Virus record (IMG/VR): IMGVR_UViG_3300027365_000016
Location: 1-56,279 of that record
Direction: 5' to 3' (one strand)
DNA length: 56,279 nt
Source: a virus
Taxonomy: Duplodnaviria > Caudoviricetes
The notes under the pieces were generated by a model. That model ran no database searches. It was given only the letters and a program-made list of their open reading frames with translations, and was not told the origin of the DNA. This document shows, one piece after another, positions 18,377 through 28,326 of the stretch. Positions within the stretch are counted from its first letter, which is position 1, and every line of letters begins with the position of its first letter. The position numbers were made by a program, and so were the translations under genes.

Positions 18377-20433
18377 GCCAGTTCCGCTCCCTCGAGGAAA
18401 TCCTCGCCTCGGTCGCCGAAGGCGTGCGCCCGCCGGAGCGGCTAACCGTAGTCGAGGCTACCGAGCGTTACCGCTACATCGACAATCCGGCGGTCCACGT
18501 CGGCAAATGGTCCCGTGAGCTCGCGCCCTACATGAACGAGCCGATGGAGACCCTGACGTCGCTCGAGCACAAGGCAATGATTCTGGTCGGCCCGGCGCAG
18601 GCCTCGAAGACCGATCCGGTACTCAACTGGGTGCTCTACTCGGGGATCTGTGACCCGGCCGACATGTCGATCGTCCACCCGACTCAGGTCGCGGCCCGCG
18701 ACTTCACCCGCCGCCGTGTCGACCGTCTTCACCGCGAGAGCAAGGAACTCAAGCGCCGGCTGGTTCGCAAGCGCGATGCCGACAGTGTCTTCTACAAGCA
18801 GTACCGCTCCGGGATGCTGCTCAACCAGTCCTGGCCGACGATCAGCGAGCTCTCGGGCCGCCCCATCGGGCGCATCTGGCTGACCGACTACGACCGCATG
18901 GTGGAGGACGTTGACGGCGAGGGCAGCCCCTTCGACCTGGCGCGCAAACGTAACACCACCTTTGGCCGCTACGGCATGACGGTGGCCGAGTCGTCGCCCG
19001 GGCGGATCATCACCAATCCCAAGTGGATCCCGCCGTCCCCGCACACCGCGCCGCCCACCACGGGCATCCTCGCGCTCTACAATCGCGGCGACCGGCGACG
19101 CTACTACTGGAAGTGCCCGCAGTGCCGGCGACGCTTCGAGCCGACGTTCGATCTGCTGCAGTACCCGGATTGCGACGACGAGATGGAGGCCGCCGAGCAG
19201 GTCACGATGGCATGTCCGTGCTGCGGCTTCATGCACATCACGCACGAGATGAAGAAGGAACTGCTCAACCCCGGCGGCATCTGGCTCAAAGACGGCCAGC
19301 GTTTCGTCGATGACGGAAGCGACCGGATCGTCGGCCACGGGCTGCGCTCGGACATCGCCAGCTTCTGGGTCATGGGCGTCGCCGCGGCGTTCGCCGACTG
19401 GCAGACCCTGGTGCTGAACTACCTCAAGGCCGAGAAGGAGTACGAGAGCACCGGTGACCAGGAGGCGTTGAAGACCACGGTCAACACCGACCAGGGAATG
19501 CCCTACATGCCCCGCGGCATGGAGTCCGACCGGCTGCCCGAAGTGCTCAAGTCGCGCGCCCGGGATCTCGGCGAGCGCGCGGTTCCGCCGGGGGCCCGCT
19601 TCCTGCTGGCCACGGTCGACGTGCAGAAGAACCGCTTCGAGGTGCAGGTGCAGGGCGTCGGCGAAGGGGGCGACGTCTTCGTGGTCGACCGTTTCGCGAT
19701 CCGCAAGTCGGAGCGCCTGGACGACGACGGCGATCCATGGCCGGTCAACCCGGCGGCCTACCCCGAGGACTGGGAACTGATCAAGACGCAGGTAATGGAG
19801 CGGACCTACCCGCTCGACGACGACAGCGGACGGCGCATGATGATCCGCATGACGGCCTGCGACTCGGGCGGCAAGATGGGCGTGACCACCCGCGCCTACG
19901 AGTTCTACCGCTGGCTCAAGGAGCAGCATCTCCACCAGCGCTTCATCCTGCTCAAGGGCGCCTCGCACAAGACCGCGCCGCGCGTGCAGATCTCCTACCC
20001 GGACTCCGACCGCAAGGACCGCCACGCCGGCGCCCGCGGCGAGATCCCGGTGATGCTGATCAACGGCAACTTGCTCAAGGACCAACTCAACGCGATGCTC
20101 GATCGCGAGGAGCCGTTCGGCGGGATGGTGCATTTTCCGGACTGGCTGCCCGACGAGTTCTACATGGAACTCACTGCCGAGACGCGTACCGAGAAGGGCT
20201 GGGAGAACCCGCGCAAGCTGCGCAACGAGGCCTGGGATCTGCTGGTCTACGTGCTCGCGCTGTGCCGATCGCCTTTCGTCCGTCTCGACCGGATCGACTG
20301 GGCAGACCCGCCAAGCTGGGCGGCGCCGTGGAGCGAGAACGATCTTGTGCTTGCCGAAGAAAGCAACAAACGGTTTGAAGCGCAACCTAAAGCTGATTAC
20401 GATTTCAGCAAATACGCGGAGGCCCTGGCATGA
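18373..20433 (+). CDS. terminase large subunit (lambda gpA family)
   Basis: Walker A GPAQASKT, LTDYD, ESSPG, CPQC/CPCC, TVDVQ, RNEAWD. Confidence 0.95.
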   Translation: MSQFRSLEEILASVAEGVRPPERLTVVEATERYRYIDNPAVHVGKWSRELAPYMNEPMETLTSLEHKAMILVGPAQASKTDPVLNWVLYSGICDPADMSIVHPTQVAARDFTRRRVDRLHRESKELKRRLVRKRDADSVFYKQYRSGMLLNQSWPTISELSGRPIGRIWLTDYDRMVEDVDGEGSPFDLARKRNTTFGRYGMTVAESSPGRIITNPKWIPPSPHTAPPTTGILALYNRGDRRRYYWKCPQCRRRFEPTFDLLQYPDCDDEMEAAEQVTMACPCCGFMHITHEMKKELLNPGGIWLKDGQRFVDDGSDRIVGHGLRSDIASFWVMGVAAAFADWQTLVLNYLKAEKEYESTGDQEALKTTVNTDQGMPYMPRGMESDRLPEVLKSRARDLGERAVPPGARFLLATVDVQKNRFEVQVQGVGEGGDVFVVDRFAIRKSERLDDDGDPWPVNPAAYPEDWELIKTQVMERTYPLDDDSGRRMMIRMTACDSGGKMGVTTRAYEFYRWLKEQHLHQRFILLKGASHKTAPRVQISYPDSDRKDRHAGARGEIPVMLINGNLLKDQLNAMLDREEPFGGMVHFPDWLPDEFYMELTAETRTEKGWENPRKLRNEAWDLLVYVLALCRSPFVRLDRIDWADPPSWAAPWSENDLVLAEESNKRFEAQPKADYDFSKYAEALA

Positions 20434-20636
20434 CCCTGACCGAACAACTCGCCGACGCTCAGCAGAAGTACCACCTGCTGGTAGCCGGACAGGCGGCCCG
20501 TGTTGTCGTCGACCAGAACGGCGAGCGTGTCGAATTCACCTCGGCGAACCCGGGGCGCCTGCAAGCCTACATCCATGACCTCAAGCGGCAACTCGGCCAG
20601 TTGAGTTGCCCGGGGCCGATGACGCCGTACTTCTGA
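20430..20636 (+). CDS. head-tail joining protein (gpW-like)
   Basis: VVDQNGERVEF...LQAYI..L; lies between TerL and portal. Confidence 0.85.
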   Translation: MTLTEQLADAQQKYHLLVAGQAARVVVDQNGERVEFTSANPGRLQAYIHDLKRQLGQLSCPGPMTPYF

Positions 20637-20640
20637 GCCT

Positions 20641-22287
20641 ATGACGACCACGACTGCGAAAGAGATTGCCGACTTCGACCTGGGGCCGATGCCCACCAAG
20701 GCGAACGGCGGCTACGAGGGCGCCCAGCGGCTATCGCAGTCGCTGGCGTCGTGGAACCCCGCCGACCTGGCGCCCGACGTGTCGATCGGCCGCGGCAAGC
20801 GCCTGGCCGACTCGCGTGCCCAGGACAGCGTGCGTAACGACGGTTACGTGGCCGGCGGAGCCGACATCCTGCGCGACAGCATCGTCGGCAGTTTCTTCCG
20901 GCTCAACGCCAAGCCGCAGCATCGCGTGCTGGGCCTCGACGATACCTGGGCAGAGGAGTTCCAGGAGGAGGTCGAGACCAAGTTCTCGCTGTTCGCCGAG
21001 TCGCCGGAGAACTGGATCGACGCTCAGCGCATGAACACCCTGACCGGGCTGGTCCGGCTGGCGATCGCCGTCCACCTGCAGCACGGCGAGGCGCTGGCCA
21101 CGGCGGAGTGGATCCGCGAGTGGCGCCGACCCTACAACACGGCAATCCAGATGGTCTCGCCGTCGCGGCTGTCGAACCCGGACGGGCGCACCAATGATCG
21201 CCTGCTGCGCAACGGCGTGGAGCGCAATGTCTGGGGGGCGCCGGTCGCCTACCACATCCGACAGGCCCACCCGAGCGAATACTGGGACTCCAACGCCTAT
21301 GTCTGGCGGCGAGTGCCGATTCGCAAGCCGTGGGGTCGGCTGCAGGTACTGCACATTCTCGAACAGGGCCAGCCCGACCAGTCGCGCGGCATCACGCAGA
21401 TGGTCTCGGCGCTGAAAGAGATGAACATGACTCGCAAGTTCCGGGACGTGACGCTCCAGCAAGCCGTGCTCAACGCCACCTACGCGGCGACAATCGAGTC
21501 CGAGATGCCGCCGGAGGCGGTCCACGCGGCGCTGGGCGGCGGGACAGGCTCGATGGCAGAGGCACTGGACCCGTGGCTGTCCGCGCTGGCGGCCTACAGC
21601 GGCGGCGCCAAGGGGCTGCACATCGACGGGGTGAAGATCCCGCACCTATTCCCCGGCACCAAGCTGAACCTCAATCAGGCCGGTGACCCGGGCGGCGTGG
21701 GCTCGGACTTCGAGCAGAGCCTGCTTCGCTACGTGTCGGCGATGCTCGGCGTCAGCTACGAGCAGCTTTCCCACGACTACTCGAAGACCAACTATTCGTC
21801 GGCGCGCGCGGCGGCGGCGGAGACCGAGAAGCACATGAAGGCGCGCAAGAAGATGATCGCCGATCGCTTCGCGTCGCTGGTCTACCGGTTGTGGTTCGAG
21901 GAGGCGATGAACAAGGGCGAGATCACCTCGCTGCCGCGTCGCGCGCCCAACTACTACGAGGGCATGAACGCCGACGCCTACACCGCCTGCGATTGGATCG
22001 GCGCCTCCAAGGGCCAGATCGACGAGCTCAAGGAAACCCAGGCGGCCAAGCTGCGTCGAGAGTCCGGGCTTTCGACGCTCGAGGAAGAGTGCGCGCGCCG
22101 CGGCCTCGACTACCGCGATGTGCTTCGTCAGCAGGCCCGCGAGCGTCGCCTGCTCGAGGGTTACGGCCTCGACTTCTCCGACGCCGGCACCGGCAAGGCG
22201 CCCAATTCACCGGCGGTACCCGGCGCGCAGGACGACCCGAACCGCCAGGACACCGCAGACAATGAGGAGCGCTCCAATGCTGCGTAA
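20641..22287 (+). CDS. portal protein (lambda family)
   Basis: QSRG, YEQLSHDYSKTNYSSARA, IDELKE. Confidence 0.95.
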   Translation: MTTTTAKEIADFDLGPMPTKANGGYEGAQRLSQSLASWNPADLAPDVSIGRGKRLADSRAQDSVRNDGYVAGGADILRDSIVGSFFRLNAKPQHRVLGLDDTWAEEFQEEVETKFSLFAESPENWIDAQRMNTLTGLVRLAIAVHLQHGEALATAEWIREWRRPYNTAIQMVSPSRLSNPDGRTNDRLLRNGVERNVWGAPVAYHIRQAHPSEYWDSNAYVWRRVPIRKPWGRLQVLHILEQGQPDQSRGITQMVSALKEMNMTRKFRDVTLQQAVLNATYAATIESEMPPEAVHAALGGGTGSMAEALDPWLSALAAYSGGAKGLHIDGVKIPHLFPGTKLNLNQAGDPGGVGSDFEQSLLRYVSAMLGVSYEQLSHDYSKTNYSSARAAAAETEKHMKARKKMIADRFASLVYRLWFEEAMNKGEITSLPRRAPNYYEGMNADAYTACDWIGASKGQIDELKETQAAKLRRESGLSTLEEECARRGLDYRDVLRQQARERRLLEGYGLDFSDAGTGKAPNSPAVPGAQDDPNRQDTADNEERSNAA

Positions 22288-23614
22288 CCCGCTCGAGAAC
22301 AACCCCTACGTGGCGCGTTTCGCCAACCAGCCCGCGCTCCTCCAGCCCGGGGCCGAAACCTGGCTGGCGTCCTGTCTCCAGGCGCGAGCCGAGTTCGACC
22401 CCGGGGCCGAGAAGGACTTCATGGGGCCCTTCGGCTTCGGCGAGCGCGGGGCCCGCGCCGATCGCCGCTACGCGATGATCGGCAACATCGCCGTGATCCC
22501 GATTCGCGGGGCGCTGCTGCACGGCTCGATGGATCGCTACTCGTTCTCGACGGGCTACGACTACATCCGACTCGCCGCCTTCGAGGCCGAACAGGACGAC
22601 GAGGTCGCCGGCATCGCCTATCTGCACAACTCCAACGGCGGCGAGGTCGCGGGCAACTTCGATCTGGTCGACGACCTGGCCAAGTTGACCAAGCCGAGCG
22701 TGGCAATCGTCGACGAGAACAGCTACAGCGCGTCCTACTCGCTGGCCAGCGCCGCCGACCGGATCGTCGTCGCTACCACCGGCGGGGTCGGCAGCATCGG
22801 CGTGCTCACCGCGCACATCGACCTGAGCCAGGCGCTCAAGAATTTCGGCGTGGTGTTCACCTTCATCCACGCCGGCAAGCACAAGGTCGACGGCAACCCG
22901 ATGGAGCCGCTGGGCGAAGACACGAAAAACAGGATGCAGGGCCGAATTGACGGACTTTACAATCAATTCGTTGCAACCGTTGCTCGCAATCGCAACTTGA
23001 GTGAGCAGGTTGTGAGGGACACCGAGGCCCTGACGTACCCGGCGGCGGATGCCGTGGAGATGGGTCTGGCGGACGCCGTCATGGCGCCGCGCGAGGCGCT
23101 GGCCGCCTTTGTTGACGAGCTAAACAGGAAACCCACGGGAGCCAATACGATGAGCACCGAAAAGCAGCAGACGCCGGCTCAGACGCAGGGCGCCGATACC
23201 GCCCAGACCACACCGGCCGCCGATCTGGACGCCGCCCGGGCCGAGGGCGCCAACGCCGAGCGCGAGCGCATCCAGGGCATCATGGCCTGCGACGAGGCCA
23301 AGACCCGACCGGCGGCCGCCCAGCAACTGGCCTACAAGACCGGCATGAGTGTCGAGGATGCGTCGGCCTTCCTGGCCGGGCTGCCCGAAGAGAAGCCGGC
23401 GGCCGCCAAGCCCGAGGGCAAAAGCGAGCAGGCGGCACCGCAGAAGCAGCCGGGTGCCGAAACGGCCCGCACGCCATTCCAGCAGGCGATGGACTCCTCG
23501 GAGAACCCGAACATCATGGCCGACGGTGCGGGCGCCGACGGTCAGGTCTCGGCGGCGGATCGCATCATCGCCAGCCACTCCGGCGTCACGGGCTACAAGC
23601 CCCAGGCCCACTAA
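22277..23614 (+). CDS. prohead protease S49 (lambda gpC-like)
   Basis: NSNGG, SASYSLAS, VGSIGV, HAGKHKVDGNP; GAGGAG RBS before ATG 22277. Confidence 0.92.
   Translation: MLRNPLENNPYVARFANQPALLQPGAETWLASCLQARAEFDPGAEKDFMGPFGFGERGARADRRYAMIGNIAVIPIRGALLHGSMDRYSFSTGYDYIRLAAFEAEQDDEVAGIAYLHNSNGGEVAGNFDLVDDLAKLTKPSVAIVDENSYSASYSLASAADRIVVATTGGVGSIGVLTAHIDLSQALKNFGVVFTFIHAGKHKVDGNPMEPLGEDTKNRMQGRIDGLYNQFVATVARNRNLSEQVVRDTEALTYPAADAVEMGLADAVMAPREALAAFVDELNRKPTGANTMSTEKQQTPAQTQGADTAQTTPAADLDAARAEGANAERERIQGIMACDEAKTRPAAAQQLAYKTGMSVEDASAFLAGLPEEKPAAAKPEGKSEQAAPQKQPGAETARTPFQQAMDSSENPNIMADGAGADGQVSAADRIIASHSGVTGYKPQAH
23150..23614 (+). CDS. probable nested in-frame scaffolding protein (Nu3-like)
   Basis: GGGAG RBS then in-frame ATG (MSTEKQQ); Ala/Gln-rich with AERERIQGI. 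Confidence 0.65.
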   Translation: MSTEKQQTPAQTQGADTAQTTPAADLDAARAEGANAERERIQGIMACDEAKTRPAAAQQLAYKTGMSVEDASAFLAGLPEEKPAAAKPEGKSEQAAPQKQPGAETARTPFQQAMDSSENPNIMADGAGADGQVSAADRIIASHSGVTGYKPQAH

Positions 23615-23641
23615 ACCATCCCCGCCCAGGAGGATTGAATC

Positions 23642-24049
23642 ATGGCAGGACAACTGGATACGACCCGGGCCGGGATTGCGGCCTTCGAGGACGGCGATTC
23701 GTTCACTGACGTTCCGCTGTTCACCGGCGAGCGCCGGGTCTACACCGATTCCGGCACCTTTGCCGCCGACCAGACCGTCGCAGCGTTGACCGTGCTGGCC
23801 TACGACGCCTCGAGCAACCTGGTCCCGTGCGTCAACGGTGCCGGTGACTCCACCGCTACGCCGGTGGCGATCGCCATGGTCGCGGTCGATACCACGGACG
23901 GCAGCACCAAGCCGGCGCCGTGCTACTGGTCGGGCTGCTTCAACCCGGATCGTCTGGTCTGGGATGACAGCTTCGACACCGAGGCGAAGAAGATGGCGGC
24001 GTTCGGGGTACCGAGCACGTCGAACATCGCCGTTAAGAAAATGCGCTGA
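23642..24049 (+). CDS. head decoration protein (gpD-like)
   Basis: YWSGCFNPDRLVW; lies between protease and capsid. Confidence 0.85.
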   Translation: MAGQLDTTRAGIAAFEDGDSFTDVPLFTGERRVYTDSGTFAADQTVAALTVLAYDASSNLVPCVNGAGDSTATPVAIAMVAVDTTDGSTKPAPCYWSGCFNPDRLVWDDSFDTEAKKMAAFGVPSTSNIAVKKMR

Positions 24050-24063
24050 GGGAGACTGCCGAC

Positions 24064-25101
24064 ATGGCGTTTGAACTGTACGACACTCACACGCTGCTCC
24101 CTGTCCAGGAGCACTTCGACCCGATGCCCAGCTTTTGGCTGGACCTGCTGTTCCGGGAAGAAATGCGTTTCGACAGCGAGTGGATCGACCTGGAGAAGAT
24201 CAGCGGCAACCGCAGCCTGGCGCCGCTGGTCATCCCGACCGCCGAAGGCGTGCCGATCTACAAGCGCGCTTCCGAGGCCCAGCGCTTCCGTGCGGCCTAC
24301 CTCAAGCCCAAGGACCCCGTGACCCCGGATCGCGCGATCAAGCGTCGCCCGGGCGAGGCACTGGGCGGCTCGATGAGCATGCAGCAGCGCGAGGACGCCA
24401 TCGTGGCGGATATCCTGCGCGAGCATCGCCAGTCCGTGGAGCGCCGCTGGGAGGTGATGGCCGCCCGCGCGATCATCGACGGCAAGGTCACCCTGGTCGG
24501 CGAGGATTACCCGGAGACGGTCATCGACTTCCGCCGCGACAGCGGCCACACCGTCACTCTCGGCGCCGGCCTGGGCTGGAACGAGTCAGGTGCCGACGTG
24601 ATCGGTAACCTCAACGCCTGGCGGGAACTGGCCCGTCGCGCCAAGTTCGGCGGTCGCGTCGACAACCTGGTGCTGGGCAAGAACGTGCCGACCCACTTCC
24701 TGAACGCGGTTCGCGACACCGGGCTGCTCGATACCCAGGTGCGCGGTACCGAGGGCAACACTTTCAACATCGGCGTGCGCTCGATGGAAGAGGTGGAGTA
24801 CCTGGGACGCTTCGACGGCGGTCTCGACGTCTGGGTCTACTCGGGCTACTACGAGGACGTCGACGGCAACCAGGTCGACGTTCTGGACCCGGACAGCATC
24901 GTCATGGCCGGCCCCGGTACCCGCGGCGTGCGCTGCTTCGGCGCGATCATGGATCGCAAGGCCGGCTACCAGCCCGCGTCGATGTTCCCGAAAATGTGGG
25001 AGCAGGAAGACCCGGCCGGGCTCTGGCTGATGACTCAGTCGGCGCCGCTGATGGTGCCCATGCGGCCCAACTGCACGCTGACCGCCAAGGTCATCAACTA
25101 A
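24064..25101 (+). CDS. major capsid protein (lambda gpE family)
   Basis: LAPLV, AYLKPK, MTQSAPLMVP. Confidence 0.95.
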   Translation: MAFELYDTHTLLPVQEHFDPMPSFWLDLLFREEMRFDSEWIDLEKISGNRSLAPLVIPTAEGVPIYKRASEAQRFRAAYLKPKDPVTPDRAIKRRPGEALGGSMSMQQREDAIVADILREHRQSVERRWEVMAARAIIDGKVTLVGEDYPETVIDFRRDSGHTVTLGAGLGWNESGADVIGNLNAWRELARRAKFGGRVDNLVLGKNVPTHFLNAVRDTGLLDTQVRGTEGNTFNIGVRSMEEVEYLGRFDGGLDVWVYSGYYEDVDGNQVDVLDPDSIVMAGPGTRGVRCFGAIMDRKAGYQPASMFPKMWEQEDPAGLWLMTQSAPLMVPMRPNCTLTAKVIN

Positions 25102-25119
25102 CACACGGCACTGATCGAG

Positions 25120-25140
25120 GGCGGCCTGCGGGCCGCCTTT
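25120..25140 (+). terminator. weak terminator after the capsid gene
   Basis: GGCGGCC-TGCG-GGCCGCC-TTT. Confidence 0.6.
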
Positions 25141-25164
25141 CAACCATCGCGAGGGTAATCAACC

Positions 25165-25494
25165 ATGGCCAACGTCAACGCGATCGCGCTGCACACCATC
25201 CACCGCCCCGGCAAGCGCAAGGGCGAGCAGGAAGTCGTGCGCCCCAACAGCCCCTTCACCTGCCCGGCGGAGGAGTTCGAGACCCTGCAGGCCCGTGGCG
25301 CCGCCAAGCGCGACACCAGCAAAGCCGGACCGGCCAGCGAACCGACCAAGTCCTCCGGCAAGGGCAAGCAGACGCAGAAAGCCGGCGAGCAGAAAGCCGA
25401 GAGCACCGGCGAGCAGAAAGCCGAGAGCACCGGCGAGCAGAAGCCCGGCGAGCAGAAATCCGAGAACGCCGGCGACGACGGCCTCGGGGTCTGA
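25165..25494 (+). CDS. head-associated protein (gpFI position) with repetitive C-terminus
   Basis: Position after capsid; GEQKAEST repeats. Confidence 0.7.
   Translation: MANVNAIALHTIHRPGKRKGEQEVVRPNSPFTCPAEEFETLQARGAAKRDTSKAGPASEPTKSSGKGKQTQKAGEQKAESTGEQKAESTGEQKPGEQKSENAGDDGLGV
25382..25475 (+). repeat. 24-bp in-frame tandem repeat (CCGGCGAGCAGAAAGCCGAGAGCA x2 plus degenerate copies)
   Basis: Read directly from the sequence. Confidence 0.9.
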
Positions 25495-25496
25495 GC

Positions 25497-25901
25497 ATGG
25501 ACTGGCGTCAGCAGATTCGAGATACCCGGCGCGTCGTTCACGAAACGATGGCGCTGGACTGCTGGCACTGCAGCCCGGACGGCAGCCAACGGGTGGCCGC
25601 CCGGGTCCGCTATCACTATAGCCGTGGGGCTCTGGGGCAACTCCCGGGGGCCGACGGGTATGGCGAGCGCGCCGAGAACTTCACCACGGTCGTCTACGAC
25701 GTCGACGCCCTGACGCTGTCGCACGGCGACCTGCTGGTATTCGAGTCCGGCGAGGTCGTCCAGGTCGGCAACCGTCTTCCGCGCGACGTTCGCACGGCCT
25801 TCGCCCAGGCGGAGGTCGCGCAACTCGGCGAGGCGGTCTTCGCCCGTTACTCCTTCCTGACACCCGGCCAGGCGTGGGCCGGGTTGCCACCCGTTACCTG
25901 A
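25497..25901 (+). CDS. head-tail joining protein (gpFII position)
   Basis: MDWRQQ..RRVVHETM start; synteny. Confidence 0.7.
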   Translation: MDWRQQIRDTRRVVHETMALDCWHCSPDGSQRVAARVRYHYSRGALGQLPGADGYGERAENFTTVVYDVDALTLSHGDLLVFESGEVVQVGNRLPRDVRTAFAQAEVAQLGEAVFARYSFLTPGQAWAGLPPVT

Positions 25902-25915
25902 AAGAGGACGTCGCC

Positions 25916-26227
25916 ATGCAGGTACTCGACACTCTGACCGCCGATGGCTCCAGCGATGCCTTCAAGCATTTCGGGGGAGCGTCCGGGCTGATGAACCTTT
26001 ACGTGGCCGGCAATCTGGGCGGCGGTACCCTGACCCTCGAAGCGGAAACTCCCGACGAGAGCGCCTATGTGCCGGTCGCCGAGATTACCGACCCGGGCAT
26101 GCACGTTGTTTCGGCGGCGCCGTTCGTCGGCCGTGTGACTCTGACCGGGGGCACGAGCCCATCGCTGTCGGTCTGGGTCGAAGCCGAAGCCGCCTCGCTG
26201 AGTCAGCGGGTCCGGGAGGACGACTGA
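25916..26227 (+). CDS. small beta-rich virion protein, possibly neck/collar
   Basis: GAGGA RBS; GNLGGGTLTLE; inserted among neck genes. Confidence 0.65.
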   Translation: MQVLDTLTADGSSDAFKHFGGASGLMNLYVAGNLGGGTLTLEAETPDESAYVPVAEITDPGMHVVSAAPFVGRVTLTGGTSPSLSVWVEAEAASLSQRVREDD

Positions 26228-26379
26228 TGCTCCGTCCCGCACTGCGCTCGGCGACGCAGACTGTGCTCCGGGCCGGGCTGTTGGCCCCGCGCGGCCCGAA
26301 GCTGCTCGCGCCGACGGCCTTGTCCGGCGAGTACGTGCCGGTCTTCGCCCCCGCCGACATCACGCTGGCCCAGGACTGA
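26227..26379 (+). CDS. 50-aa protein with two C-terminal 13-aa APxx(L/I) repeats (absent from the ORF track)
   Basis: TGATG coupling, GGAGGA RBS, fills the gap exactly; MLRPAL...KLLAPTALSGEYVPVFAPADITLAQD. Confidence 0.7.
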   Translation: MLRPALRSATQTVLRAGLLAPRGPKLLAPTALSGEYVPVFAPADITLAQD

Positions 26380-26382
26380 TCC

Positions 26383-27000
26383 GTGCTCGGCTCGATCGTG
26401 GTGGCCGTCGACGGCATCGAGACGTTACCCGACATCGACGGCATGACGCCGGCGATCCTGCGGGCCGCCCGCCAGGCGGTCAACGCCGCCGCCGACCGGG
26501 GGCGTTCCTGGAGCGCCGCGGAGATGCGCAAGCAGGTCAACTTCCCGGCGAGTTACCTGCGCGGCCAGAACAGCCGGCTCAAGGTCACCCAGCGCGCGAA
26601 GGGCAAGGAACTGGAGTCGGTCATCCAGGGGCGTTTCGAGCCGACCTCGCTCGCCCGTTTCGCCAAGGGCAGCCGGTCATCGCACAAGAAGGCCGGCGGC
26701 GTCACGCTCGAGATCAACCCCGGCACGGCGACCTTCATGCGCCGGGCCTTCCTGATCCGCCTGCGTTCCGGGGTCAATTTCTCCGCCGAGGCGTTCAATC
26801 TCGGCCTGGCGCTGCGCGTCCCCCGGGGCCAACGACCGGACAAGGCCTACAAGCCGAAGAAACTGGCCGACGGGCTTTTCCTGCTCTACGGCCCGTCGGT
26901 CGACCAGGTGTTCCGGTCGGTCTCGGCCGACGTCGAGCCGCGCGTCTCCGACTACCTCAACGACGAATTCCTTCGCCTGATGGAGCTCGACAATGGCTGA
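26383..27000 (+). CDS. tail completion/neck protein (gpZ-like)
   Basis: Basic protein with PTSLARF and LYGPSVDQVF. Confidence 0.75.
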   Translation: MLGSIVVAVDGIETLPDIDGMTPAILRAARQAVNAAADRGRSWSAAEMRKQVNFPASYLRGQNSRLKVTQRAKGKELESVIQGRFEPTSLARFAKGSRSSHKKAGGVTLEINPGTATFMRRAFLIRLRSGVNFSAEAFNLGLALRVPRGQRPDKAYKPKKLADGLFLLYGPSVDQVFRSVSADVEPRVSDYLNDEFLRLMELDNG

Positions 27001-27502
27001 TGACACGATCCCCAAGCGCCTGCGGATCCTGCGCGCGCTGACCGAGAAGCTGACAGAGATCACCCCGACCAACGGCTACCAGACCAACGTCAGCGAGAAC
27101 GTCTACCGCGGGCGCGCACGCTTCGGCGAGGGCGATCCGGTACCGATGATCGCCATCCTGCAGTCGCCGCGCACGCTCGACATTCCTCCGTCGCCGGGGG
27201 CGGGGGCGATCCGCAAGACGCCACTGGAACTGCTGATCCAGGGCTTCTGCGTCGACGACTTCCAGCACCCGACGGACCCGGCCGAGGTGATGATGGCCGA
27301 TACCAAGCGCTGCCTGGCCGAGATCATCGCTGCGCTGGGCAAGCGACCCTACGTGTGGAACGAGATCGAGACCCTGAGCATTGGCCCCGGCGTGTGCCGG
27401 CCGCCGGACGAGGAAATCTCCGCGGTGGCGTATTTCTGGTTGAGCGTCACCATCGAGTTCACTGAGAATGTGACCGACCCCTACGCCGTTCCCGCGGCGT
27501 GA
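26993..27502 (+). CDS. tail terminator (gpU-like)
   Basis: ITPTNGY, VYRGR..FG, HPTDPA; precedes the tail tube gene. Confidence 0.75.
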   Translation: MADDTIPKRLRILRALTEKLTEITPTNGYQTNVSENVYRGRARFGEGDPVPMIAILQSPRTLDIPPSPGAGAIRKTPLELLIQGFCVDDFQHPTDPAEVMMADTKRCLAEIIAALGKRPYVWNEIETLSIGPGVCRPPDEEISAVAYFWLSVTIEFTENVTDPYAVPAA

Positions 27503-27543
27503 TATTCAACCGATAGTCCTGAAATCAACTAGAGGTTACGGAC

Positions 27544-28311
27544 ATGATCGAGAAGCAGAATTACACGCTCGGCCGCGGCGAACTGTATTTCGACGACGGC
27601 TCCGGCGAGCGCTACATCGGCAACACGCCCGAATTCACGCTCTCCACGGCGACCGAGACGCTGGAGCACTACAACTCGGACAAGGGCCTGCGTAACCGCG
27701 ACCGCAACATCGTGACCCAGGTCACCTACTCCGGGTCGTTCACTACCGATCACATTTCGCCGGAAAACCTGGCGATGCTGTTCATGGGCACGGCCGACAC
27801 GCTGACCCAGTCGGCGCTCACCGGTGAGTCGGATGTTTTCGACAGCGTGTCGCCGATGCTCTGGTACCAACTCGGTACCTCCGACGCCGCCCCGGCCGGG
27901 GTGCGCGGCGTGTCCAACGTCAGTGTCGAGGGCGCCGGCGCGACCACGCTGACCGAGGGCTCCGACTACGAACTCGACGCGCAACTCGGCCGCCTGCAGA
28001 TCCTGCCCGACGGCAACGTGAGCGACGGCGACTCGATCACCGTGACCTACGACGTCGACGCCACCACGCGCAGCCAGGTGGTCTCGGGGACCAAGCAGGT
28101 CAACGGCAAGCTGCGCTACGTGTCGTTCAACCCGGAAGGCGCCGGTGCCCAGCGCGATTACTTCATGCCCTCGGTGACGCTATCCGCCAACGGCGACTTC
28201 GCGCTCAAGGCCGAGAGCGACTGGCAGGCGATCCCGTTCAGCGCGGAGATCTCCAAGACCGAGACCTCGGAAGCCGTCTACGCCGACGGCCGCCCGTTCT
28301 CGGCCAACTGA
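27544..28311 (+). CDS. major tail tube protein
   Basis: NYTLGRGELYF, YIGNTPEF, NGDFALK. Confidence 0.9.
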   Translation: MIEKQNYTLGRGELYFDDGSGERYIGNTPEFTLSTATETLEHYNSDKGLRNRDRNIVTQVTYSGSFTTDHISPENLAMLFMGTADTLTQSALTGESDVFDSVSPMLWYQLGTSDAAPAGVRGVSNVSVEGAGATTLTEGSDYELDAQLGRLQILPDGNVSDGDSITVTYDVDATTRSQVVSGTKQVNGKLRYVSFNPEGAGAQRDYFMPSVTLSANGDFALKAESDWQAIPFSAEISKTETSEAVYADGRPFSAN

Positions 28312-28326
28312 TAGCGAGGGGATCGT

